From a virus (Duplodnaviria; Caudoviricetes), in IMG/VR virus record IMGVR_UViG_3300029305_003178, positions 32,001 through 96,000 of that record: DNA of 64,000 bases; one strand, given 5' to 3'. The position numbers and the translations under genes are program-made. Under the pieces are notes generated by a model. That model ran no database searches. It was not told the origin of the DNA and saw only the letters and a list, made by a program, of their open reading frames with translations. Every line of letters starts with the position of its first letter. The stretch's first letter is position 1. Positions 10,090-20,215 of this stretch are shown piece after piece.

Positions 10090-10551
10090 ATGAAAAAGAA
10101 AATTACACAGGACGAGCTCAACAAAATAGTTGAGCTTCATAAAAAATGGCTTAACACAGAAAAAGAAGGTAAACTAGCTATTTTAGACAACATGGATTTA
10201 TATAGATTAAATCTATGTGGTGCAGATCTTCGCTATGCAAAATGTAGAGGCACCAACTTTAAAAGAGCAAATCTTGTTGGTGTTAATTTTGCTAATGCTG
10301 ATTTATCTAATTCCAATTTAGCTAATGCCAATTTATGCTGTGCATATATGGCATATGCTAAAGTTGATAAAGCCAATTTTGACGGTGCAGATTTCTATAG
10401 AATTGCTGCATTTGGTGTTGATTTCACTAATTCTATTAATATGGGCACAGTTGCCAATTTCAACAATATGGAGTTGGCTAATTGGGTAGATCGTGAAGCA
10501 TTTGTACATGGTGATATGAAGACCAAAATTAAACTTGTTTCTGGTAAATAA
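10090..10551 (+). CDS. pentapeptide repeat protein
   Basis: ADLRY AKCRG TNFKR ANLVG VNFAN ADLSN SNLAN ANLCC repeats. Confidence 0.9.
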   Translation: MKKKITQDELNKIVELHKKWLNTEKEGKLAILDNMDLYRLNLCGADLRYAKCRGTNFKRANLVGVNFANADLSNSNLANANLCCAYMAYAKVDKANFDGADFYRIAAFGVDFTNSINMGTVANFNNMELANWVDREAFVHGDMKTKIKLVSGK

Positions 10552-10563
10552 TAAAAAAAGAAT

Positions 10564-10601
10564 TAGGTAGAGACTAAACATCTCTACCTATATTTTTTTT
10601 T
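10564..10601. terminator. terminator, third copy of the TAGGTAGAGA/TCTCTACCTA hairpin
   Basis: 10-bp stem plus T run between convergent genes. Confidence 0.85.
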
Positions 10602-10602
10602 C

Positions 10603-11097
10603 TTAAAATATCTTTGGTGGCACTTTTCTATAATCATCTACAATTCTAGTAATTTTCAATTTATGAAAATACTCAATTTTATCAGAATTTACATTTTCTA
10701 TTCTATTATAAGTAGATTTATGGTTAATATATGTATAAGTTTTAAAATCTTTATTATTCTCTATATCACCATAACCATTTTCATCTAAACATACAAACCA
10801 AATACAAAATGGCATATCATCATTCCATAATTCGGAGCAAATGCATGCACAATAATATCCTTTATATTCTAAATTATCAAAATTAAAATATTCATCTGGG
10901 ATACCTTGTACTTTTACTGGAACTAAATCAGTATAAATAACACCATTAAGTTCTACTTCATATTTATCTTTAATATCAAAATCTGATATAAGTTGTATAA
11001 TATTAACAAAATTATCATCATAATTATCGGAATATGTTTCTCCATCAAACAGTATGGATTTATCGGATGAAATATATTTTTTAGTATTTTCTTCCAT
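10603..11097 (-). CDS. hypothetical protein
   Basis: 164-aa ORF. Confidence 0.65.
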   Translation of the reverse strand: MEENTKKYISSDKSILFDGETYSDNYDDNFVNIIQLISDFDIKDKYEVELNGVIYTDLVPVKVQGIPDEYFNFDNLEYKGYYCACICSELWNDDMPFCIWFVCLDENGYGDIENNKDFKTYTYINHKSTYNRIENVNSDKIEYFHKLKITRIVDDYRKVPPKIF

Positions 11098-11273
11098 ATG
11101 GGATCACCCCCCCCCACAATATTTATCCATTATATTATTATATGGTTTTCATATGTAGAGTGTTTACGTAGATCTTAATTTAGTATAAGTTAATATATAA
11201 TTATATAAATAATAAGATATGAAGGTATTAGATTGATTTCTAATACCTTCATATACTTTTTAGGTATACTATA

Positions 11274-12590
11274 TTACCAGAATTCTACTAATTGCCATAC
11301 AAATGGTTGAGTTTTACTAGATGATGTTGCAGTTAAGGATAATACATTATTTGAGAGCACATAATTTGTAACTGTCACCAAACTATTTGTTGTTGTTATT
11401 GGTATCAATAATGTTTTATTGATATTTATGGAAGCTATATTTATATTATATGTGGTACTTGATGTAGCAGTAGTTAGTAAAACGCCAGTTTGTATACGCT
11501 TAATAATTTTAAGACTGTCTGCATATGCAACTGTTTTTGACATTGTTAACCAGGTACCAGCTTTAAGTTTTATAGTAATTGGTACATCTTTTGTTACACG
11601 GACTATTGCATATTTAAGAGTAACTTGAAGTTGAGTGCTGCTTATATAATTTGCACCATTATCTATTGATACTGAACCCGACAAATTATTATTATATTGA
11701 TGTGACCCAAATGCTATTAAGATATCACCGGTTTCTGTAGGAGTATATGTTGTAACAAGTTTACCGTTATCACCTTCATCTCTACTATAACCAGTTGTTG
11801 AACTTAATCTATAAAATACATTAGAAATCATAGCATAATATATAACTGTATTACCTGTGATCGCTGAGGTTGCAGAATTTGTTGCTTGCAACTTAATAAC
11901 TTGACCTTTATTAACAGGTACGGCATGCCCACCAGCATGACCGCTATAATCATTCCAAGTAGATGACGTAACTACTGAGCCATCCACCAATATTCTATAT
12001 GTACCATTTTTACTAACATAGTCAGTATTAATAGCTATAACACACACACCAGTTGAAGGTGCTGTTATCGAGCATATATCTGTATATGTTGATGGTGTAT
12101 TAGCTGGTATATTTAATGTAGTCGCTACCTTATATGAATATTGTGCATCTATAAAACTAGCATCTGCACTAGCTGTTGCAGTGGCATCTGTTAATAAATT
12201 CAGCATACTATCCATAGTTACATTGCTACTACCAATTTTAGATAAAATATCAGATGTATTAATATATGCATTATATGCATGAAGTTGTGCGTTTGATGCG
12301 TTTACAGCAGCACTGTTAGCATTAGTATTAGCACCAAATGATTGATCTATTGCGGTATTTAATTTAGCCATTATTGTGCCAGATGTAATTGTACCACCTT
12401 GATCAGATGTTGCACCAATTATACTTTTTACACTATCAACATTAGTATTAACACTTTCTACAGTATTTTTAACATTTGCAACATTACTATTTACTGTATT
12501 AACATTAGTTTTAACACTGTCTACACTAATATTAACATTATCTAATGTATCTTTATCAGCTAAATAAGTAACAATATTATTATCACTCAT
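11274..12590 (-). CDS. tail fibre / receptor-binding-like protein
   Basis: N-terminal heptad repeats (VNTVNSNVANVK), Thr/Ser/Asn-rich beta C-terminus ending FVWQLVEFW. Confidence 0.65.
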   Translation of the reverse strand: MSDNNIVTYLADKDTLDNVNISVDSVKTNVNTVNSNVANVKNTVESVNTNVDSVKSIIGATSDQGGTITSGTIMAKLNTAIDQSFGANTNANSAAVNASNAQLHAYNAYINTSDILSKIGSSNVTMDSMLNLLTDATATASADASFIDAQYSYKVATTLNIPANTPSTYTDICSITAPSTGVCVIAINTDYVSKNGTYRILVDGSVVTSSTWNDYSGHAGGHAVPVNKGQVIKLQATNSATSAITGNTVIYYAMISNVFYRLSSTTGYSRDEGDNGKLVTTYTPTETGDILIAFGSHQYNNNLSGSVSIDNGANYISSTQLQVTLKYAIVRVTKDVPITIKLKAGTWLTMSKTVAYADSLKIIKRIQTGVLLTTATSSTTYNINIASININKTLLIPITTTNSLVTVTNYVLSNNVLSLTATSSSKTQPFVWQLVEFW

Positions 12591-12766
12591 AAGTTTATTC
12601 CTCCTTATAGTATATTTAAAACAACATTTTTATGGAATATGTAACTGTACAAATAAAAGAGATTTCTAAATATTCTAGTTTCAAAATATCTCCTTCTCCC
12701 ATAAAACATTGTATAATATTATTATATAGTATAAAAATAATTAATTTAAGTTACCATTTAAATTAA

Positions 12767-13048
12767 TCATTCATTAATTGCATTCATTTCATACAAATCA
12801 GCAATAGCCATCATCATGACATACTGATTTTCTAATAATTCGTTGTTTGTTGCCTGTACTTCTTCAGGTTCTTCAGGTTCGGGCTCAATCCAAGTACCAT
12901 TGTCATAAGTCCAACCTAAAGGATTTTCACCATTTTCTAATGAAATCATATCATCACCATTTACCATTTCCGGTAAATTAGATACTGCGAAACAAACTTT
13001 AGTTTCCAAGTCAATCTGTGCATATCTATATGAAGCCATATATGTCAC
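12767..13048 (-). CDS. XkdW-like tail-fibre-associated small protein
   Basis: YAQID...LGWTYDNGTW, EPEPEEP linker, ENQYVMMMAIADLYE C-terminus. Confidence 0.6.
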   Translation of the reverse strand: MTYMASYRYAQIDLETKVCFAVSNLPEMVNGDDMISLENGENPLGWTYDNGTWIEPEPEEPEEVQATNNELLENQYVMMMAIADLYEMNAINE

Positions 13049-13180
13049 ACTCCTTATCTTATTTTATTTAATATAAATGATTTTTAAATTGCATACTTAA
13101 TATATAGTTCTAAATTATAAATATCTGGGTTATAAATATAATGGATATAGAAATTAATCTATATCCATTATATTATTTTA

Positions 13181-13510
13181 TTATAAATTCATTTCATATA
13201 AATCAGTAATAGCCATCATAAGAGCATACTGGTTGTCTTCCATAGATGTTAACTGATTTTGAATATCTTTGTTTGTTGGCTGGGGTTCTGTTATTTCATC
13301 AGACTCTGCTGTATTAATATCAAAATATTCAATACTAATTTCTCCATTGTTATATATAAAATTCTTACCTTTACCTTCAATGACTTCACCGTCAAAGAAA
13401 GAAAATTCACCATCGAACCAAACTTCATTTTTTTCTACATCTACACTCTCTTTATCTCTAGTTGTATTATAAGAAATAATATAATTTTTATCATTCAGAA
13501 ATAAAATCAT
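13181..13510 (-). CDS. XkdW-like tail-fibre-associated small protein
   Basis: C-terminus DNQYALMMAITDLYEMNL nearly identical to that of 12767..13048. Confidence 0.6.
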   Translation of the reverse strand: MILFLNDKNYIISYNTTRDKESVDVEKNEVWFDGEFSFFDGEVIEGKGKNFIYNNGEISIEYFDINTAESDEITEPQPTNKDIQNQLTSMEDNQYALMMAITDLYEMNL

Positions 13511-13525
13511 TACAATACACCTCCA

Positions 13526-14476
13526 TTACAAATCTTCATATACAAGTCCAATATAAACTGGGTGACCACCAACTGTGGTTGTAGCCGAGTTAGATGCAAT
13601 AGTACAATTGAATGTAATTGTATTATTACATGTAAATTCTATAGGTTCATATGCAGGATTTGATAGATAATCAGTGTCTGAACTTACCACCATCCACTGA
13701 CAAGGGATATTTGTTGGTGTTAAATAGTTATCAACAATATTATTATTAGTAGTAGAAACAAAATAGCTATATTTCGTTCTTAGTATATAAGTTTTACCAC
13801 CCGAACTATAACTACCAGTGCTATTATCCATTAATCTATATGTTGTACCATCAACTGTTACAGTCAAATCAAATGCACATTTGGCAGATGAATATGTTGA
13901 TAAAAGTACATTATAAATTTTTTTTGCACCAGTAAATGTGAATGAAGCTATTTTTGTATCATTAACATTAGTTGGTGTTGTATCTTTACAAAATAATACT
14001 TTTAATTTTTTTGTATCTCTAATATCTGTGGAATTCTGTGTAACTGCAATATTAGAAGTCTGATTAATAATATGACTCAATTTCTGAGATAATGTACCTG
14101 TACTAGAAGCAGTATTATTAATTGCTGTTTGTGTCGCAGCAGCTATAGCTTTTGATGCAGCTGTAGAAGAACTTGACTCAGCAGCAGATGCAAATGCATA
14201 TACCTCGTGGACATCTTCAATAATTGTACTTATACCAGTTTTTACATCGGCGACATTAGTATTTACTGTCGCTACATCAGTTTTAACTGCAGCTACATTT
14301 GTATTAATTATATTTACTAAAGATTCTATATCATCTACATTTTCATCAATTGTATCCATAGTTGTTTCAATGTCACTGATACTTTCAGCATTTGCTGAAA
14401 TACCATCTTCCATATTATTTAAATGCATAGCTTTTAATGTCTGATTTTCTACAAAGTTTTGTTTTTCATAAGCCAT
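13526..14476 (-). CDS. tail fibre / receptor-binding-like protein
   Basis: LKAMHLNNMEDGI N-terminus, heptad repeats, GTLSQKL shared with the GTIMAKL of 11274..12590. Confidence 0.65.
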   Translation of the reverse strand: MAYEKQNFVENQTLKAMHLNNMEDGISANAESISDIETTMDTIDENVDDIESLVNIINTNVAAVKTDVATVNTNVADVKTGISTIIEDVHEVYAFASAAESSSSTAASKAIAAATQTAINNTASSTGTLSQKLSHIINQTSNIAVTQNSTDIRDTKKLKVLFCKDTTPTNVNDTKIASFTFTGAKKIYNVLLSTYSSAKCAFDLTVTVDGTTYRLMDNSTGSYSSGGKTYILRTKYSYFVSTTNNNIVDNYLTPTNIPCQWMVVSSDTDYLSNPAYEPIEFTCNNTITFNCTIASNSATTTVGGHPVYIGLVYEDL

Positions 14477-14489
14477 GTGTTATCACTCC

Positions 14490-14993
14490 TTATTCTAAAA
14501 TAAAGTTACCTAATTTATCTATATCTAAAATAGAGCCAGGACGTACATCCTCTGCAGTCTTTTTATTAATAACTGTAACACCAATTGCACCAATAGATTC
14601 ATTATATGTGAATGCATAGTTTTTACCACCAGATACAAATGATGATGTGTTTGCAGCGTTTGTTACAAATGCTTTCTTATTTTGTTCATCTATCACAACG
14701 TTCACCACAGCACCTTCAACAAATGCACCTTCAATACTAGCTATAGTCATCATAGTTGAATCAACTAATTCATATAATGTATCGTTATTTGATATTTTTA
14801 AATGTGTAACAGTAGATGAATTTGCTGGTGAAATAAATGATAATTTAGCACCACTGTGTACAGATAAATCATTATCAATTACAATATAGGCATCATCTTT
14901 CCTAGCAGTAATATCCGTTTTAATTCTAGGATAAGCAACCGCATTTTTAGTTTGAGTTTTATTATAAAGTTTCATTAACTTAGGTTTAGGCAT
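14490..14993 (-). CDS. putative virion/tail protein (paralog of 15148..15627)
   Basis: KPKL.K..N...YPRI...IEG.FV.GA.VNV shared. Confidence 0.7.
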   Translation of the reverse strand: MPKPKLMKLYNKTQTKNAVAYPRIKTDITARKDDAYIVIDNDLSVHSGAKLSFISPANSSTVTHLKISNNDTLYELVDSTMMTIASIEGAFVEGAVVNVVIDEQNKKAFVTNAANTSSFVSGGKNYAFTYNESIGAIGVTVINKKTAEDVRPGSILDIDKLGNFILE

Positions 14994-15147
14994 TGGTATA
15001 TCACCTCCTAATATAAATTATCATTACTTATATGTTTTATACTAGAAGTTATGACAAATAAAAAAGTATTTAGATGTAGAATATAGTAAGAAAGATTCTA
15101 CATCTAAATACAATTATTTTTTAATTAAAAGGTTTTTATTTTAATAA

Positions 15148-15627
15148 TTACACTTTCTTAATACCAACGGCACCAACTTCTTCGTCATAAACGAATGTAT
15201 AGCCAGTACCATCGAATACAAAGGAAGGTGTAGCAGCAGCATTTTCAATAAATGCACGTTTGTTTACTTCATCAAGTCTTACGTTTACAGCAGCACCACT
15301 TACAAATACACCTTCAATTTTAGAAATATTAATAAGGGATGCGTCAACCATTTCATATAACACATCATTTGTAGGAGATGTATTATCACCTTCTACAGTA
15401 TGACATGTCAGTTTTAAATGAGTTACAGCTGTAGAGTCAGCAGGTGCAACAAATGAAACTAATGCACCATCGTGAATAAAAAATTTATTACCAGCTACAA
15501 TATGTTTATTAGCCTCATCTATAGTTACAGCGATATTTGTTGTAATTCTAGGATAGCCGATAATCATGTCTGAGCCATATTCTTCATGTGTTGTATTAAA
15601 AATTTTCAGTAATTTAGGTTTAGCCAT
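15148..15627 (-). CDS. putative virion/tail protein (paralog of 14490..14993)
   Basis: Same motifs as the paralog; lies in the late block. Confidence 0.7.
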   Translation of the reverse strand: MAKPKLLKIFNTTHEEYGSDMIIGYPRITTNIAVTIDEANKHIVAGNKFFIHDGALVSFVAPADSTAVTHLKLTCHTVEGDNTSPTNDVLYEMVDASLINISKIEGVFVSGAAVNVRLDEVNKRAFIENAAATPSFVFDGTGYTFVYDEEVGAVGIKKV

Positions 15628-15645
15628 TTTATCTCGCCTCCAATT

Positions 15646-16323
15646 TTATCCTAAATATGTGCAAGATAAGGTGTCTTCATCTTCAGCAGCATAACCTAAT
15701 AATTTAATAGATTTACTACCGTCACCATTATCTATAATTGTATATTCAAAGCCTTCTTCGATCATCAAACCATTGTGGTATACTACCAGTTTGGAATTTT
15801 TGAAACCGTTAATATCGGTAATTTCTGTAGGAATAGCAAATGTATCGATACCGTCTTCAGTAACTTCAAATCTAGCACGAGGTAAACCATCAGGAAGTGC
15901 ATAATATACGAAAGAAATTGTATCACTAATAGCAGCAGTATAGTCAATAAATTCAATTGACATACTAGCACCATTTACTACTAAATCATAGTTAAGACCT
16001 TCTTCCAGTAATAAGCCATCCTGATATACTAATAACATTGATTTATCAAAGTCAGCAATACCAGAAATTTCTGTAGGAACAGCTACAGAACTAGAAACCG
16101 CAGTTATATTTACTCTGCTACGTGTCACAGAACCTTTATTACCACCTAAGCCACTTACAATAGACTGTACAAAGGCTGTAGATGCAGCTCTATTACTATT
16201 ATCTGTGATATCGGTGCATGTACCTGTTAACAGATAACCTTCTGCATCGTATCTCGCGATAACATTGGGTTTAGGTTCACAAGCAGTTTGTTTTCTTGTC
16301 AAACCTGTATTAATAACACCCAT
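15646..16323 (-). CDS. putative tail/baseplate protein with two repeated beta modules
   Basis: LLVYQDGLLLEEGLNY and LVVYHNGLMIEEGFEY internal repeat. Confidence 0.65.
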   Translation of the reverse strand: MGVINTGLTRKQTACEPKPNVIARYDAEGYLLTGTCTDITDNSNRAASTAFVQSIVSGLGGNKGSVTRSRVNITAVSSSVAVPTEISGIADFDKSMLLVYQDGLLLEEGLNYDLVVNGASMSIEFIDYTAAISDTISFVYYALPDGLPRARFEVTEDGIDTFAIPTEITDINGFKNSKLVVYHNGLMIEEGFEYTIIDNGDGSKSIKLLGYAAEDEDTLSCTYLG

Positions 16324-16521
16324 TAGAGTCAGCTCCTTTCTTATAAAAATATTTTATATTATTGTTAAATTTAAATATTTTCACGCTTTGAATCTTAATT
16401 TTTCTTATTATATAGCATAAAAAATTATGATTAAAGTACCTAATATATTGTGCTAAAAATATTTACACTATTAAAATATTCCACTTGGTATAGATTGAAT
16501 ACCAAGTGGAATTATTATATT

Positions 16522-19500
16522 TTAGTTAATAATAGTGATATTCACAAAGAAAGAGCCTGTGGGTAAATCTACTGCATAGATTTCAGAATACCCATTATAC
16601 TCTGTGGTGTTACTAATAACAGATGCATTATTTGCAATTTCGGCACCTAAAACACCAATTACGTCCATCATAACTGTAGATGTAGATTTAATTAAGTCGG
16701 ATTTGATTGTATAAACATAATAACCTAATGTATCAAGTTTATTAACCCAACCATCTGTAGTAATTTCTACATTTTCAATTACATCTTTAGTAACGACAGA
16801 TCTATTATTCAGTAATTCATTTGTATTAGATTCAACTTCTTTGATGTATTCATACAGGTTAGTATAGTCACCACTTGTTAAGAAATCACCAAAGGAAACT
16901 TCATATTTAGTATCAATATTAGATACACCCTGGTATGTGATTCTATCGATACTTACATAACCTTCAAACCATGTATCATATTTAGGAATAATTACAATAC
17001 AAGCTCTACCAGTTTCTTCATTGTAAGTTAAGTAAATATTTTCGATATTAGCATCATTACTTGATGTAATAATTGCATTTGTCCAACTATTAGTTGCTTT
17101 ATCTAACTTACCTTCGATATGGATAGATGTTGTTGCAGGAATTTCGGTTGTTTTAAATACATGAGCATAAGGTCTAGTATCATCCTTTTCGATGAGTAAA
17201 TTTTTAGTTTCATCAAAGTCTGGACGTTTTATACTACTATTTATAATAGCATCATCTAACTTACCAGATTTAATAATAGCTAACTTACTACCTGATACTG
17301 TACCAAAGTAATATTCTTTTGGTGTACCATTTTTACAGAATAAAATATATTTACCACCGTAAATTAATTTACTCCACTGTAAAGGTACTGTAGGTAAATT
17401 TACATGTGTTGAATCGTCGATCTTTGCAATTCTATGATCAAGATTATTACCAACATCTGTTAATGTAAATACTTCTACATATGGAGCAGTATTATAAGTA
17501 ATAATCATTGTTTTAGCAGATGTATTTATCTGAATAGATGTTGGTGCTGCACCTAATGACAGACTAGTATTGTATGTTGTTTCAGGTGTAGAATATCCAT
17601 TGCTACCATCAGCATATTTAAGAATTTTAATATATGGTGATGCATTATACAGAACTACCATATAGCGTTTATAGAATGCTACATCAATAATTGTTGCATT
17701 AGGATTCCAGCCTGCACCATATTTGATATTATCTATAATTGTACCAGATGTTGTATTTGTAAGTTTGTAGAAATGGATATAATCACCATTGTTAACAATA
17801 TATGTTAACCAAGCTGTAGATTCAATATATTCGGATCTAATAAAATCTGTTACAATCATTGAGTTTATATAATCAGTAGTATTCACTAATATAAGTTTAT
17901 CAGTGGATTCTACGTATCTATAAATAGATACTCTATTTTCTGAACCACTGGCACTTGTAAATGTATGAGAAATGAACAGCATATTATCAATCCATTTAAC
18001 TGCATGAATTGTTGGATTATTAGTTGTTGTAACGCCGCTAATATTGTTTAATGGTAATTTATCTGTTTTAAAATGTAACATGCTACCATCATCTATAACT
18101 TTATAGAGATTTATTGTACCTGAAATACCATCATTACCATATGCAGATACGGACGCACAGTATTTGCCATCATTAGACATAGCAATCATTGGAGAAATAA
18201 ATGTGCCAGAAGACATAACAACGTCTTCTAAAACAATACCATTACTAATAAATGGTGTAATATTACCATGACCATTATGTAATACATAACCACAATTTGT
18301 AGTTGGAGAAATTAAAATATCTGTAACATCTTCAACATCATTTATGAATGTATGTGTTCTAGAACTATCAGCAATAACACCAGTTGCTGGATCTAAGTTG
18401 AATACCGAAACAACTCTTTTTGGTTCACCATCAGTTCTATAACCAAATCCGACTAAAGCTTCACTACCATATGTGAATGCACATGACTGATATACGACAT
18501 TATCTATAATGATATCCCTCATTCTACCAGGAGATCTAAAATTCTCAATACTATAGAATGTAAACCAGTTCTCTTGTGAGCATACGCCGACATATTTTAA
18601 ATCTTCGCTAATAGCAATATCTGTAATAGTTAACCCAATTGCTTGGAAATATACACCATAATATGATGCGGTCGCCGTTTCGCTTGTTGTGTATACAAAA
18701 ATATAGCCACCTTTTTCACCCGTAGCAAATACAAGATATTCACCGTTCTTAGATGTTATACATCGAGTTACTGAGAAGTTTGTAATTACTCCAGTAAAAT
18801 ATGTGCTGCTAATATCTGTGCATGTAATAGATGGAATAGCATCATTATATGCTGTTGTCATAGATAATGCAAAAGGTTTTAATGTATTATTATTAACACC
18901 AATAATAATATTTGGATTAGCTGTATAGCTAATAGATTTTGCGTAAATGGTAGAGATTGTATTGCTCATGTAAATAAAAATACTATCATCTGCACTTCTA
19001 TATGCAACATGAATACCAACACTATCTGCAATCAAGATACATCTATTATCTTTTGTAAAATTACATGAACGATCAGAAGTTAAATCAGTGAATGACATAA
19101 CTGTATTCATATATGTTAATTTTGTACCATTGACATTATAGACAATACCTTTACCAATAGTACCATCAGATACTTCTACATACATATATAAACCATTAGG
19201 GGACAGACAACTTCTAAGAGTTTGTGTAAATTTATCCTGTTCTGGGAAAGTACCAATAACACGCTGGTTGATATAATCAAAATTAACAGTATTGGCATTT
19301 TTAACTGTCATATCGATGTTAACAGTACCATCTTCTAAGCCTTTAGGCATATCGATAATCATATCACCGTATGTTACTGTATTAGAAGGGCTTTCACCAA
19401 CAAAAGCATCATTAATAATTGTAGTACCGCCTTCTTCACCAGTACCGTTTTCTTTACTTACAAATTTATTAGGATCCACAAAAGGTGTAAAACCTTCTTC

Positions 19501-19788
19501 AGTACCTAATTTTTCAATATCAGTTACATAGTATAAAGCATTTTTATCACCAGTAACTTTAACTACGTCCATCAACTTAACAGTAGCAACTGTTAAAGCC
19601 AATCTATCTTCATCTGTCTCTACTGTGTGCATAATACCACCAGGGGTAATAGTAGACAGATATTTTTTCAATGTTACATTATTTTCAATGTCATAATAAA
19701 CTTCATTTGTTGTATTAATAGGAAAATGAAGTCTATATGTGCCATCAGACTGCTTAATATAATTAAGAGCTACTAAAGCATTAGCCAT
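16522..19788 (-). CDS. large beta-propeller-like virion/tail protein, 1088 aa
   Basis: Repeated S..G.Y blade-like motifs (SPNGLY, SKNGEY, SEDLKY, SNDGKY); C-terminal domain resembles 19811..20197. Confidence 0.65.
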   Translation of the reverse strand: MANALVALNYIKQSDGTYRLHFPINTTNEVYYDIENNVTLKKYLSTITPGGIMHTVETDEDRLALTVATVKLMDVVKVTGDKNALYYVTDIEKLGTEEGFTPFVDPNKFVSKENGTGEEGGTTIINDAFVGESPSNTVTYGDMIIDMPKGLEDGTVNIDMTVKNANTVNFDYINQRVIGTFPEQDKFTQTLRSCLSPNGLYMYVEVSDGTIGKGIVYNVNGTKLTYMNTVMSFTDLTSDRSCNFTKDNRCILIADSVGIHVAYRSADDSIFIYMSNTISTIYAKSISYTANPNIIIGVNNNTLKPFALSMTTAYNDAIPSITCTDISSTYFTGVITNFSVTRCITSKNGEYLVFATGEKGGYIFVYTTSETATASYYGVYFQAIGLTITDIAISEDLKYVGVCSQENWFTFYSIENFRSPGRMRDIIIDNVVYQSCAFTYGSEALVGFGYRTDGEPKRVVSVFNLDPATGVIADSSRTHTFINDVEDVTDILISPTTNCGYVLHNGHGNITPFISNGIVLEDVVMSSGTFISPMIAMSNDGKYCASVSAYGNDGISGTINLYKVIDDGSMLHFKTDKLPLNNISGVTTTNNPTIHAVKWIDNMLFISHTFTSASGSENRVSIYRYVESTDKLILVNTTDYINSMIVTDFIRSEYIESTAWLTYIVNNGDYIHFYKLTNTTSGTIIDNIKYGAGWNPNATIIDVAFYKRYMVVLYNASPYIKILKYADGSNGYSTPETTYNTSLSLGAAPTSIQINTSAKTMIITYNTAPYVEVFTLTDVGNNLDHRIAKIDDSTHVNLPTVPLQWSKLIYGGKYILFCKNGTPKEYYFGTVSGSKLAIIKSGKLDDAIINSSIKRPDFDETKNLLIEKDDTRPYAHVFKTTEIPATTSIHIEGKLDKATNSWTNAIITSSNDANIENIYLTYNEETGRACIVIIPKYDTWFEGYVSIDRITYQGVSNIDTKYEVSFGDFLTSGDYTNLYEYIKEVESNTNELLNNRSVVTKDVIENVEITTDGWVNKLDTLGYYVYTIKSDLIKSTSTVMMDVIGVLGAEIANNASVISNTTEYNGYSEIYAVDLPTGSFFVNITIIN

Positions 19789-19810
19789 AGCTTACAACTC
19801 CTTTCATTTT

Positions 19811-20197
19811 TTAATTAATAATTGTGATGTCCATATTCATTGGACCGGAAGGCATTTCTGTAGCATACATTGTGATTGTACCATTACCTTCTGTTGATAC
19901 TGGTAATAAACCACATTCTACTGAAATGTCATAACTTGTAATATCAGATAATTCAATTGTTACATGAGATGTTGGTTTTACGTTTTCGTTAGTAAAAATA
20001 CATTCATAATAACCAGATGTTCTATTGAGCATAAAATTACTAATAGACTGATTCATTAATGTAATTTTTTTAACTAAAATTTCTTCTAAAGTTTCACCAC
20101 CAACTTTATCAGTAAATATTTTACTTGTTGTTGTGGCCTGACCTAAAGGTTTAAAAGAACCATCGGTCTGTTTCTGTAAAGGGACGAAGCTCGCCAT
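19811..20197 (-). CDS. putative virion protein
   Basis: 128 aa; ends MDITIIN, like VNITIIN of the neighbouring gene. Confidence 0.65.
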   Translation of the reverse strand: MASFVPLQKQTDGSFKPLGQATTTSKIFTDKVGGETLEEILVKKITLMNQSISNFMLNRTSGYYECIFTNENVKPTSHVTIELSDITSYDISVECGLLPVSTEGNGTITMYATEMPSGPMNMDITIIN

Positions 20198-20215
20198 AAC
20201 AATATCATCCTTCCA

